From an uncultured Chitinophagaceae bacterium (GTDB lineage: Bacteria > Bacteroidota > Ignavibacteria > UBA10030 > UBA8401), in NCBI GenBank assembly GCA_964642725.1, contig CAZXQG010000002.1, positions 101,551 through 133,550 on the forward strand: a stretch of DNA of 32,000 bases. The letters run 5' to 3'. The notes below the pieces were generated by a model. The model did no database searches. It was not told the origin of the DNA and saw only the letters and a list, made by a program, of their open reading frames with translations. The position numbers and the translations under genes are program-made. How positions within the stretch are numbered: position 1 is the stretch's first letter; every line of letters starts with the position of its first letter. Of this stretch, positions 24,628-32,000 are shown piece after piece.

Positions 24628-26268
24628 ATGGATTGGATTGATTACAAACAGATCCAAAATTTTGAAGTTGGCATCACACCGTTGTTCGTAGATTATCTCA
24701 ATGATTTTGAAAAGCTGAAAGACTATTACTCTGGCGATTTTCGAGACCGTAAGAGCTGGAAGAAGCTCATAGAAAATGTAGTCGCTAAACAAAAAGACCG
24801 TTCAACGCTCGTTCGCGTTCTTACGGAACAGAACAAACAATACCACTGCGGTATACGAACCTTAGCCAATATTGATCTGCTCGGGAACGAAAATACCGTT
24901 GCTGTTGTCACCGGCCAGCAAGTGGGAATGTGTACAGGTCCGCTCTACACGATTTACAAAACAATTACCGCTATTAAACTCGCCGAACAGTTATCCGCTC
25001 AATTTCCCGAATATAACTTTGTCCCTGTCTTTTGGGTTGAAAATGAAGACCATGATTTTGATGAAATCAATAAGGTTAATGTCATCAATCCAAACGGAGA
25101 CATTACGACAATAGAATATTTAATCGGAGGGAAGCCGTTTGAAAAAAATCCCGGTCCTGTTGGCAATATTGTGATTGACAGCTTTGTCGAAAAGTTCCTT
25201 GAAGATATCCGGGCACAGCTTCAGGAAACGGAATTCAAAGGGCAATTGTTTGATTCGCTGCACGGATATTATCGGCCGGGTTCAACCTTGGGAACGGCTT
25301 TTGTCGGTTTATTGAGCGGTCTGTTCGAAGATTCGGGCCTGGTTTTCCTGGACCCCGGGAATGCGGAACTGAAACGAATTCTGAAGCCGGTTTTCCAAAA
25401 AGAAATTGCCGCAATGTCCAAGACTTCTCAAATAGTCATTGATACGAGTGCCGGGCTTGAGGAGCACTATCATGCGCAGATCAAGGCAAAGTCGATAAAC
25501 CTTTTTATGTTCCATAAAGGCGGCCGGTATCTTATTGAGCCGAGGGAAAATGATTTCAGCCTCAAGGGGACGAGGCAGTTTTTTTCAAAGGAAGAATTGA
25601 ACGCCATTATTGAACATTCTCCCGAACTGATATCTCCAAACGTTGTTTTGAGGCCGATTTGTCAAGACACTATCTTACCGACGCTTGCCTATGTTGGAGG
25701 TCCGTCGGAGATTGCCTATTTTGGACAGTTAAAATCAGTCTATGAATTCTTTGAAGTTGATATGCCTGTTGTGTATCCTCGCGCAAGCATTACGATTATG
25801 GAAGAAAAAGTAAAAAATATCCTCGAAAAATTTCAGATAGATTTTACAGAAATTTGGTCGGACATCGACCCCCTTCTGGCACGGATTGCAGAACAAGTGT
25901 CGGAAGTCAAGGTCGATGCGTTGTTTGAGCAACTCCATTGCCGTCTTCGCGAAGCTGTTGCGGAGTCGCGTTTTGGCATTCAACAAATCGACCCGACTCT
26001 TTCGGGTGCAATAGATTCAACTTTGTCGCGGATTGAGTCGCAACTGAATGTTCTAAAGGAAAAGACTCAGGCGGCTCAGCAGCGTAGGCAAGAAGTAACG
26101 ATAAAGCAGATTCAGAAGGTTGCTGCAAACATCTTCCCTAAATCGAATTTTCAGGAAAGAGAATTCAACGTAGTGTATTACATGAATAAGTATGGGCCGG
26201 ATTTCGTAAAGTGGCTGAGCGGAGAAGTTATCATCGACCGGTTCCAGCATCAACTCATCGAATTATGA
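24628..26268 (+). CDS. bshC: bacillithiol biosynthesis cysteine-adding enzyme BshC
   Basis: VVTGQQVGMCTGPLYTIYKTITAIKLA ... FWVENEDHDFDEIN matches the B. subtilis BshC (YllA) core. I prefer ATG 24628 (MDWIDYKQI, 546 aa). The 33-codon track extension is AT-rich and looks like promoter sequence. Confidence 0.85.
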   Translation: MDWIDYKQIQNFEVGITPLFVDYLNDFEKLKDYYSGDFRDRKSWKKLIENVVAKQKDRSTLVRVLTEQNKQYHCGIRTLANIDLLGNENTVAVVTGQQVGMCTGPLYTIYKTITAIKLAEQLSAQFPEYNFVPVFWVENEDHDFDEINKVNVINPNGDITTIEYLIGGKPFEKNPGPVGNIVIDSFVEKFLEDIRAQLQETEFKGQLFDSLHGYYRPGSTLGTAFVGLLSGLFEDSGLVFLDPGNAELKRILKPVFQKEIAAMSKTSQIVIDTSAGLEEHYHAQIKAKSINLFMFHKGGRYLIEPRENDFSLKGTRQFFSKEELNAIIEHSPELISPNVVLRPICQDTILPTLAYVGGPSEIAYFGQLKSVYEFFEVDMPVVYPRASITIMEEKVKNILEKFQIDFTEIWSDIDPLLARIAEQVSEVKVDALFEQLHCRLREAVAESRFGIQQIDPTLSGAIDSTLSRIESQLNVLKEKTQAAQQRRQEVTIKQIQKVAANIFPKSNFQEREFNVVYYMNKYGPDFVKWLSGEVIIDRFQHQLIEL

Positions 26269-26288
26269 CCGCGTAAAAGAAACTAATG

Positions 26289-26318
26289 CCGTTTCTCAAG
26301 AAACGGTCTTATATTTTT
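26289..26318. terminator. intrinsic terminator between convergent bshC and the ABC ATPase (possibly bidirectional)
   Basis: CCGTTTC tcaa GAAACGG is a perfect 7-bp stem, followed by TCTTATATTTTT on the plus strand. The minus-strand flank CATTAGTTTCTTTT is moderately T-rich. Confidence 0.6.
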
Positions 26319-26338
26319 GACCACTACGATAAATAACG

Positions 26339-27442
26339 CTAGATTACTTTTTCCGTTTCCTTATTGAAGAAATGAGCCTTGGCCATATTGAGCGCGAGGT
26401 CCATATCCTTCCCTGCCTTTGGTTCTTCCGTCGCTATGATCCGTGAAACGTACTGTTTTCCGCTCCCGGTGTTGAAATAGATGAAGATTTCATTTCCCAT
26501 CGGTTCAACAACCTCGATCTTCGCTTTGCAGCGCGAATAGTTGATGCCGCGTATTTGTTTTGCGTCAAATATATGCTCAGGCCTGATACCCAGCCAGACT
26601 TCTTTTCCGAGATACGGTTTCAACTTTGTTTGATGCTCTTTAAGAAGTTTGAGCATCACACCGGTTGAATTCTCGGTAAAAATGAGCTCCTTGTTTTTCG
26701 AAATTGTCCCTTCCATAAAATTCATGGCGGGGCTTCCGATGAAGCCGGCGACAAATTTATTCACCGGGTGGTGGTAAAGATTCAACGGAGTGTTTATCTG
26801 CTGGACAACACCGTCCTTCATGACAACAATTTTGTCTCCCATCGTCATAGCCTCCGTCTGATCGTGTGTAACGTAGACCATGGTCGCCTGCAAACTGTTG
26901 TGTAATTTTGAAATCTCGGTTCGCATCTGGACGCGCAGCTTTGCGTCGAGATTGCTGAGGGGCTCATCAAAAAGAAAAACTTTTGGCTTGCGGACGATCG
27001 CCCTACCGACCGCAACACGCTGGCGTTGTCCTCCCGATAATGCTTTTGGTTTGCGGTCAAGGTATTCTTCGATACCGAGAATTTGAGCTGCTTCCCGCAC
27101 ACGGCTGTCTATTTCCGCCTTCGGATATTTTCTGAGTTTTAAACCGAACGCCATATTCTCATACACCGTCATGTGAGGATACAGAGCATAATTCTGAAAC
27201 ACCATCGCAATGTCGCGGTCTTTTGGGGGAACATCGTTGACAATTTTCCCGTCAATGGAGATTGTCCCGCTGCTGATATCTTCTAGCCCTGCGATCATTC
27301 GAAGGGTTGTCGATTTTCCGCAGCCGGAAGGGCCGACGAGCACGACGAACTCTTTATCTGCAATTTCGATGTTCACGTCGCGTACAGCCACGACCCCGCC
27401 CTCATATTCTTTCCGGATATTTTCCAGTTTAACACTTGCCAC
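26339..27442 (-). CDS. ABC transporter ATP-binding protein, MalK/UgpC/MsmX type
   Basis: Walker A GPSGCGKST, signature LSGGQRQR, Walker B VFLFDEPLS and a C-terminal TOBE-like regulatory domain. I place the start at GTG 27442 (MASVKLENIRKEY, GAGG 7 nt upstream). The track start at 27511 would overlap aroA by 58 nt. Confidence 0.9.
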   Translation of the reverse strand: MASVKLENIRKEYEGGVVAVRDVNIEIADKEFVVLVGPSGCGKSTTLRMIAGLEDISSGTISIDGKIVNDVPPKDRDIAMVFQNYALYPHMTVYENMAFGLKLRKYPKAEIDSRVREAAQILGIEEYLDRKPKALSGGQRQRVAVGRAIVRKPKVFLFDEPLSNLDAKLRVQMRTEISKLHNSLQATMVYVTHDQTEAMTMGDKIVVMKDGVVQQINTPLNLYHHPVNKFVAGFIGSPAMNFMEGTISKNKELIFTENSTGVMLKLLKEHQTKLKPYLGKEVWLGIRPEHIFDAKQIRGINYSRCKAKIEVVEPMGNEIFIYFNTGSGKQYVSRIIATEEPKAGKDMDLALNMAKAHFFNKETEKVI

Positions 27443-27453
27443 AGCGACCTCGT

Positions 27454-28737
27454 CTAATTTGCCAACGTGTGAAGCGTGTCCCAGAATGCCGGGAATGAAA
27501 TATCTACGCAAGCCGAGTCTTTTACGGTCGACTCACCCTGCAGGTTTGATGCGGCAACGCCGAACGCCATCGCGATGCGATGGTCTCCAAAGCTGTCAAA
27601 AGTTGCCGGAATTAGTGTGTTGTTCGAGCTAAATGCAAATCCGTCTTCGAGTTCTTCAACCTCAAGTCCCATCAGAGCAAGGTTTTCGCACACTGCACCG
27701 ATGCGGTCGCTTTCTTTGTTGCGCAGTTCAAAAGCTCCGCGAACTTCAAACGTTCCGACTGCAAACGCAGCCGCTACGGCAAGGATCGGAATTTCATCGA
27801 TGACGTTTGGAATGATTGAGCCTTCGAGGATAAGGTTTGACCGAAGGTTCGAACTTTTTACCATAATATCGCCGATCGGTTCACCGCCGATGATCCGTTG
27901 GTTTTCAACGGTGATGTTCCCTCCCATCGAGCGAAGCACGTCGAGAAATCCTGTCCGTGTAGGATTGATGCCGACGTTTTTGATCAGGATTTCGGAATCT
28001 TCCCCGATGAGTCCTGCAACGATAAAAAATGCGGCCGATGACGGATCGCCGGGAATAAAGAACTGTTTGGCCGGAATTTGATTTCCGCCGACTATTGATA
28101 CGCTGATTTTGTTTTCCGTTTTGCTGGAACCTAAGCCCAGCATCCGCTCGGTGTGGTCACGGGATCCCTGCGACTCTTCAACCGTTGTTTTCCCTTCTGC
28201 GAAGAGCCCGGCAAAAAGAACAGCGGATTTGACCTGGGCGCTCGGGATGGGAAGTTCATATGTGATTCCGTGAAGTTTTTCGGCAGGAAAGATTCTTAAT
28301 GGGGCGGTCAGTTTATCCGTTCCGACAATGTGAGCACCCATTTCAGTCAACGGGTCAATGATGCGTTTCATCGGCCTCCGGACGAGATATTGATCGCCTG
28401 AAATCTGAGTAGGAAATTTTTGGCCCGACAATATCCCGGATAATAGACGGATGGTCGTGCCTGAATTTCCAGCATCCAACACGGCATCGGGTTGCCGATA
28501 GCCGTGCAACCCTTTGCCAACAATGTACAGCTTTTCCTGAGTCAATGCGGTTTCAACGCCCAGCGCTTGAACGCAGTCAAGAGTGCTTCGCGGGTCTGCC
28601 GCGTTCAGAAAGCCCGTAATTTCCGTCGTTCCTTCCGAAAGCGATCCAATCAAGACGGCACGGTGCGAGATTGACTTATCTCCCGGGACTGTGAGTTCGC
28701 CGCGAAGATGTCGGGCCGGATAGACCGTTTTATCCAT
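27454..28737 (-). CDS. aroA: 3-phosphoshikimate 1-carboxyvinyltransferase (EPSP synthase)
   Basis: 427 aa with LRGELTVPGDKSISHRAVLIGSL, NSGTTIRLLSG and DHRIAMAF. Confidence 0.95.
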   Translation of the reverse strand: MDKTVYPARHLRGELTVPGDKSISHRAVLIGSLSEGTTEITGFLNAADPRSTLDCVQALGVETALTQEKLYIVGKGLHGYRQPDAVLDAGNSGTTIRLLSGILSGQKFPTQISGDQYLVRRPMKRIIDPLTEMGAHIVGTDKLTAPLRIFPAEKLHGITYELPIPSAQVKSAVLFAGLFAEGKTTVEESQGSRDHTERMLGLGSSKTENKISVSIVGGNQIPAKQFFIPGDPSSAAFFIVAGLIGEDSEILIKNVGINPTRTGFLDVLRSMGGNITVENQRIIGGEPIGDIMVKSSNLRSNLILEGSIIPNVIDEIPILAVAAAFAVGTFEVRGAFELRNKESDRIGAVCENLALMGLEVEELEDGFAFSSNNTLIPATFDSFGDHRIAMAFGVAASNLQGESTVKDSACVDISFPAFWDTLHTLAN

Positions 28738-28790
28738 ACAGAATATCCGATCCGTCGTTCACCATGGAAGAAGATGTCGAGCCGTCCGCG

Positions 28791-30902
28791 TTAATTGTTT
28801 TGTGGAACTTCTTCTTTTTTCTTGTCCGCAAGTAAAACCGCCTTTCGGCTGAGGTTGAGGCGTCCTTTGTCGTCAATTTCAAGGAGCTTTACATCGAAGA
28901 CGTCGCCCACTTTAACAAAGTCGGCAACTTTTTCGATTCGTTTCAAATCGAGTTGCGAGACATGGACTAAACCCTCCTTGCCCGGAAGGATTTCGACAAA
29001 GGCACCGAAGTCCATAATCTTCTTTACCGTTGCTTTATACGTTTTTCCTACTTCCGGTACTTCCGTGATCCGGCCGATCATCGCACGTGCGCGGTCGCTG
29101 GCTTCTTTTGTTGTTGCGGCGATAATAATCGTTCCGTCATCTTCAATATTGACTTCAGCGCCCGACTCCGAGACGATGTTTCGAATATTTTTTCCACCCG
29201 GTCCAATAACGGCTCCGATCATATCGACAGGAATTTTGATCGTCGTCAGTCGCGGGGCGTATTGGCTCAAATCAGCGCTCGGCGTGGAAATAGCAGCATC
29301 CATGATGGCAAGTTTATGGATTCTTCCTTCCTTCGCCTGCTGCACGGCGCGTTGTATGATCTCAAATGAAATTCCTTTGATTTTGATGTCCATTTGAAAC
29401 GCTGTGATGCCGTCCTTTGTGCCTGCGACCTTGAAATCCATATCCCCGAGGTGGTCTTCGTTCCCGAGAATATCGCTGAGGATCGCAACGCGCTCCCCTT
29501 CTTTGACCAAACCCATCGCAATTCCTGCGACTGATTTCTTTAATGGAACGCCTCCGTCGAACAATGCGAGCGAGCCGGCACACACAGTCGCCATCGATGA
29601 GGATCCGTTCGACTCAAGAATATCGGAAACGACGCGGATTGTATACGGAAATTCTTTCCCGTCGGGCAATAGGTTTTTCAATGCTCGCTCGGCAAGATTG
29701 CCGTGTCCTACTTCACGCCGGCCCGTTGCCAGCCTTCCCGTTTCGCCAACGCTGAAAGGTGGAAAATTGTAATGCAGCATGAATTGCCGTGTCGACTTGG
29801 GGCGCAATCCATCGACCATTTGTTCGTCGAGCTTCGTGCCGAGCGTCATGGTTGTTAACGATTGCGTTTCTCCCCGTGTAAAGAGAGCGGAGCCGTGCGC
29901 GCGCGGTAAGAGGCCAAGCTCGATTGATATCGGTCGAATATCCGTTAAACCTCGTCCGTCCAACCGCTTCTTCTTCGAGAGGATCATTTCACGCATTTCA
30001 AACTTTTCAATGTCGTGCAGAATTTGCTTGATCGCGCCTTCTTGATCGAGGAATTGTTCGGCAAGTGCGGCATTGACTTCGGCCTCAATTGCGGAGTTCG
30101 CCTTTGAACGGTCGTCTTTCGATAACACTGTATTTACGGTCGTTCGTATTTTTTCTGTCGCAAGTTCCTTTACCGCTGTAAGCAGTTCTGGAATGATTTC
30201 AGTAATGACGACAGGGCGTTTTTGCATTTTCACTTCTGCCGCGAGCTCTTTTTGCAGCGCGCAAATTTTCTTGATAGCGTCATGGGCAAATGTGAGCGCA
30301 GAAAGGATGTCTGTCTCGGATATCTCCCGGGAATCGCCCTCTACCATCACGATCGAATCGTCGGTACCTGCAACGGTAACGTCCATGTCGCTTGTTTCCA
30401 GTTCGTCGAAGGTCGGATTAATGAGCAGTTCTCCGTTGACGCGGCCGATGCGCACTTCCGCGATAGGTCCGTCAAACGGCGAATCCGAAACCATCAGCGC
30501 AGCAGATGCGGCACAGGCACCGAGCACGTCGGCGTCATTTTGCTGATCCGACGAAAAGACGTTGACAATAATCTGCGTTTCGTTATGATAACCCTCAGGA
30601 AACATCGGACGAATCGGCCGGTCGATAAGACGGGCAGAGAGAATTTCCTTATCTGAAGGCCTCCCTTCCCGCTTCAAAAATCCTCCTGGAATTTTCCCCG
30701 CCGACGACATCTTTTCGCGGTATTCGACTTGAAGTGGAAAATAATCCAGATCATCGTTTGATTCCTTCGGCGCGACGACAGTCGCGAGCACCATGGTGTC
30801 GGCGTACCGAGCCATGACGGCGCCGTCCGCCTGCCTGGCAAATCTGCCAGTTTCAAGCGAAAGCGTTTTGTTCCCGATTTGAATTTCTTTTTTAACGACC
30901 AT
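28791..30902 (-). CDS. pnp: polyribonucleotide nucleotidyltransferase (PNPase)
   Basis: 703 aa with two RNase PH domains, a KH domain (GAVIGPGGKNIRNI) and an S1 domain (GKTYKATVKKIMDFGAFVEILPGKEGLVHVSQL). Confidence 0.97.
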   Translation of the reverse strand: MVVKKEIQIGNKTLSLETGRFARQADGAVMARYADTMVLATVVAPKESNDDLDYFPLQVEYREKMSSAGKIPGGFLKREGRPSDKEILSARLIDRPIRPMFPEGYHNETQIIVNVFSSDQQNDADVLGACAASAALMVSDSPFDGPIAEVRIGRVNGELLINPTFDELETSDMDVTVAGTDDSIVMVEGDSREISETDILSALTFAHDAIKKICALQKELAAEVKMQKRPVVITEIIPELLTAVKELATEKIRTTVNTVLSKDDRSKANSAIEAEVNAALAEQFLDQEGAIKQILHDIEKFEMREMILSKKKRLDGRGLTDIRPISIELGLLPRAHGSALFTRGETQSLTTMTLGTKLDEQMVDGLRPKSTRQFMLHYNFPPFSVGETGRLATGRREVGHGNLAERALKNLLPDGKEFPYTIRVVSDILESNGSSSMATVCAGSLALFDGGVPLKKSVAGIAMGLVKEGERVAILSDILGNEDHLGDMDFKVAGTKDGITAFQMDIKIKGISFEIIQRAVQQAKEGRIHKLAIMDAAISTPSADLSQYAPRLTTIKIPVDMIGAVIGPGGKNIRNIVSESGAEVNIEDDGTIIIAATTKEASDRARAMIGRITEVPEVGKTYKATVKKIMDFGAFVEILPGKEGLVHVSQLDLKRIEKVADFVKVGDVFDVKLLEIDDKGRLNLSRKAVLLADKKKEEVPQNN

Positions 30903-30935
30903 AATTATACTTTGCTCTAGTTGATTCGTATGACT

Positions 30936-30951
30936 GCTGAATTAGTTCAGC
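30936..30951 (-). promoter_or_regulatory. small stem-loop in the rpsO-pnp intergenic region (possible attenuator or processing site)
   Basis: GCTGAA ttag TTCAGC is a perfect 6-bp stem located 21-36 nt after the rpsO stop and 34 nt before the pnp start. No U-tract follows. Confidence 0.3.
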
Positions 30952-30971
30952 GCGTTTCCTGTGCCTGCCTG

Positions 30972-31241
30972 CTACTTGCGGATCTCGAGTTCTTGAATGA
31001 TCTTCCGGTAGCGTTCAATGTTCTTCTCCATGAGATAGTCGAGCAAACGGCGGCGTTTTCCCACCATTCGCAGCAAACCAACCCGTGAATGATTATCTTT
31101 TTTGTGCGTGTCGAAATGCGACGAGAGCGCATTGATGTTCGCCGTAAGAATAGCGATCTGGACTTCGGGAGTCCCGGAATCATTCGGCGATTTACCATAC
31201 TTGGTGATGTATTCCGCTTTTTGACCTTTTGAAATTGCCAT
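30972..31241 (-). CDS. rpsO: 30S ribosomal protein S15
   Basis: 89 aa from ATG 31241, with AAGGAG 5 nt upstream. [46 protein letters not shown] is diagnostic of S15. Confidence 0.95.
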   Translation of the reverse strand: MAISKGQKAEYITKYGKSPNDSGTPEVQIAILTANINALSSHFDTHKKDNHSRVGLLRMVGKRRRLLDYLMEKNIERYRKIIQELEIRK

Positions 31242-31272
31242 GAACACTCCTTAAAAATAATTGTACATTGTA

Positions 31273-32000
31273 TTATTGAACATTCTCAAAAATATTCTTT
31301 CCGATACGTTTATCACTGTTCATTTCTTTCACTAATTCATCCGATGAAACGAACTTCTTCTCGCCCCGAATCCATTGAACACATTCCACGCTGACTGCTT
31401 TCCCGTAGATATCCCGGTCAAAATCGTAAATGAAGATTTCGCAGACCCGTTCATGATGCTCGTGGAATGTCGGCAGAACGCCGATACTCATCAGGCCGGC
31501 ATGCGATGAACCATCGACAACAATCTTTACAGCATAGACGCCGTTTCCCGGAAGAATTTTTCGCGGGTCGCTCAGAGCAATGTTGGCTGTCGGAAACCCC
31601 AGCGTCTTTCCGCGTCGTTCCCCGGCGACCACCGTTCCGGAAAAACTATACCGCCTTCCGAGCAATTCGTTCGCCTTGACGATCTCCCCCTCTCGAAGAA
31701 ACGAACGAATTCGTGAACTGCTCACAGGCTCTCCATTTACGACGAACTGCTTCTCTGCCACGACGGAAAAGCCGAATTCTCGTCCGAGGGCGAGCAGCTG
31801 TGCTAGGCCGGCTTCGCGGTCCCGCCCAAATCCATGATCGTATCCTTCAATAACCTCGCTGATGCCGATGCCGTTAATGAGATACTCAACATAAAAATCC
31901 CGGAACGGCTTTCGCGAAAACTCATAGGTAAATGGGACCACAAATGTCATGTCAACGCCGAGACTGGAAAGCAACTCTAGCTTTTCGTCGTGGGTTGTCA
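31273..32000 (-). CDS. ribF: bifunctional riboflavin kinase / FAD synthetase, C-terminal part (N-terminus lies outside the window)
   Basis: The frame stays open upstream of the track TTG to the window edge (..TTHDEKLELLSSLGVD..). Motifs are GYDHGFGRDREAG and GTVVAGERRGKTLGFPTANI (riboflavin kinase domain). Confidence 0.9.
   Translation of the reverse strand, partial: TTHDEKLELLSSLGVDMTFVVPFTYEFSRKPFRDFYVEYLINGIGISEVIEGYDHGFGRDREAGLAQLLALGREFGFSVVAEKQFVVNGEPVSSSRIRSFLREGEIVKANELLGRRYSFSGTVVAGERRGKTLGFPTANIALSDPRKILPGNGVYAVKIVVDGSSHAGLMSIGVLPTFHEHHERVCEIFIYDFDRDIYGKAVSVECVQWIRGEKKFVSSDELVKEMNSDKRIGKNIFENVQ

Noticed and set aside
27476-29397. Long antisense ORFs inside aroA (27476-28081, 201 aa) and pnp (28795-29397, 200 aa), and similar ones inside the SDR gene, purL, mutS2 and the transporter
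   Set aside because: These are shadow frames opposite strongly supported conserved genes. Their Ser/Pro/Arg-rich composition is typical of antisense translation.
1-32000. CRISPR arrays, rRNA genes, intact tRNA genes, transposase or integrase genes
   Set aside because: I saw no regularly spaced direct repeats, no rRNA-like sequence, no complete cloverleaf and no ORF with recombinase or transposase motifs anywhere in the window.

Overview
This 32-kb chromosomal window is moderately AT-rich. The gene content, the presence of bshC, a tmRNA tag ending ..YALAA and frequent non-ATG or weak-SD starts suggest an FCB-group bacterium (Ignavibacteria/Chlorobi/Bacteroidota-like). That taxonomic placement is a guess only. 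I support about 26 protein genes and one tmRNA. Most of the window is ordinary housekeeping. On the minus strand: ribF(partial)-rpsO-pnp-aroA-malK-like ATPase, and SDR-yqeY-cvpA-mutS2-accC-BCCP-purL. On the plus strand: ygfZ-msrC-LOG-SirB1-like, ssrA, dapF, a lipid kinase and bshC. Two regions are not ordinary. (1) 4.9-10.4 kb holds a compact five-gene operon between a promoter candidate and a strong terminator. It encodes a secreted/outer-membrane protein, a secreted TPR protein, canonical-size MotA and MotB, and a 605-aa protein. By eye, that protein is a miniature FliF-like module (signal/TM, one ring-building-motif-like periplasmic domain, coiled coil, TM) fused to a complete FliG (N, M and C domains). 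No other flagellar, export or chemotaxis gene is in the window, so this looks like a self-contained stator-plus-minimal-rotor machine, and it is my best candidate for an undescribed system. (2) 1-2.44 kb is an accessory patch. It contains two small co-oriented genes bracketed by imperfect palindromes with AAC/GTT (attC-like) cores, and a 79-nt MITE-like inverted-repeat element with a 7-nt flanking duplication. It ends in a tRNA 3'-end-like remnant plus an orphan intrinsic terminator, which looks like an old island junction. All family calls are by-eye motif recognition; no searches or folding programs were run.
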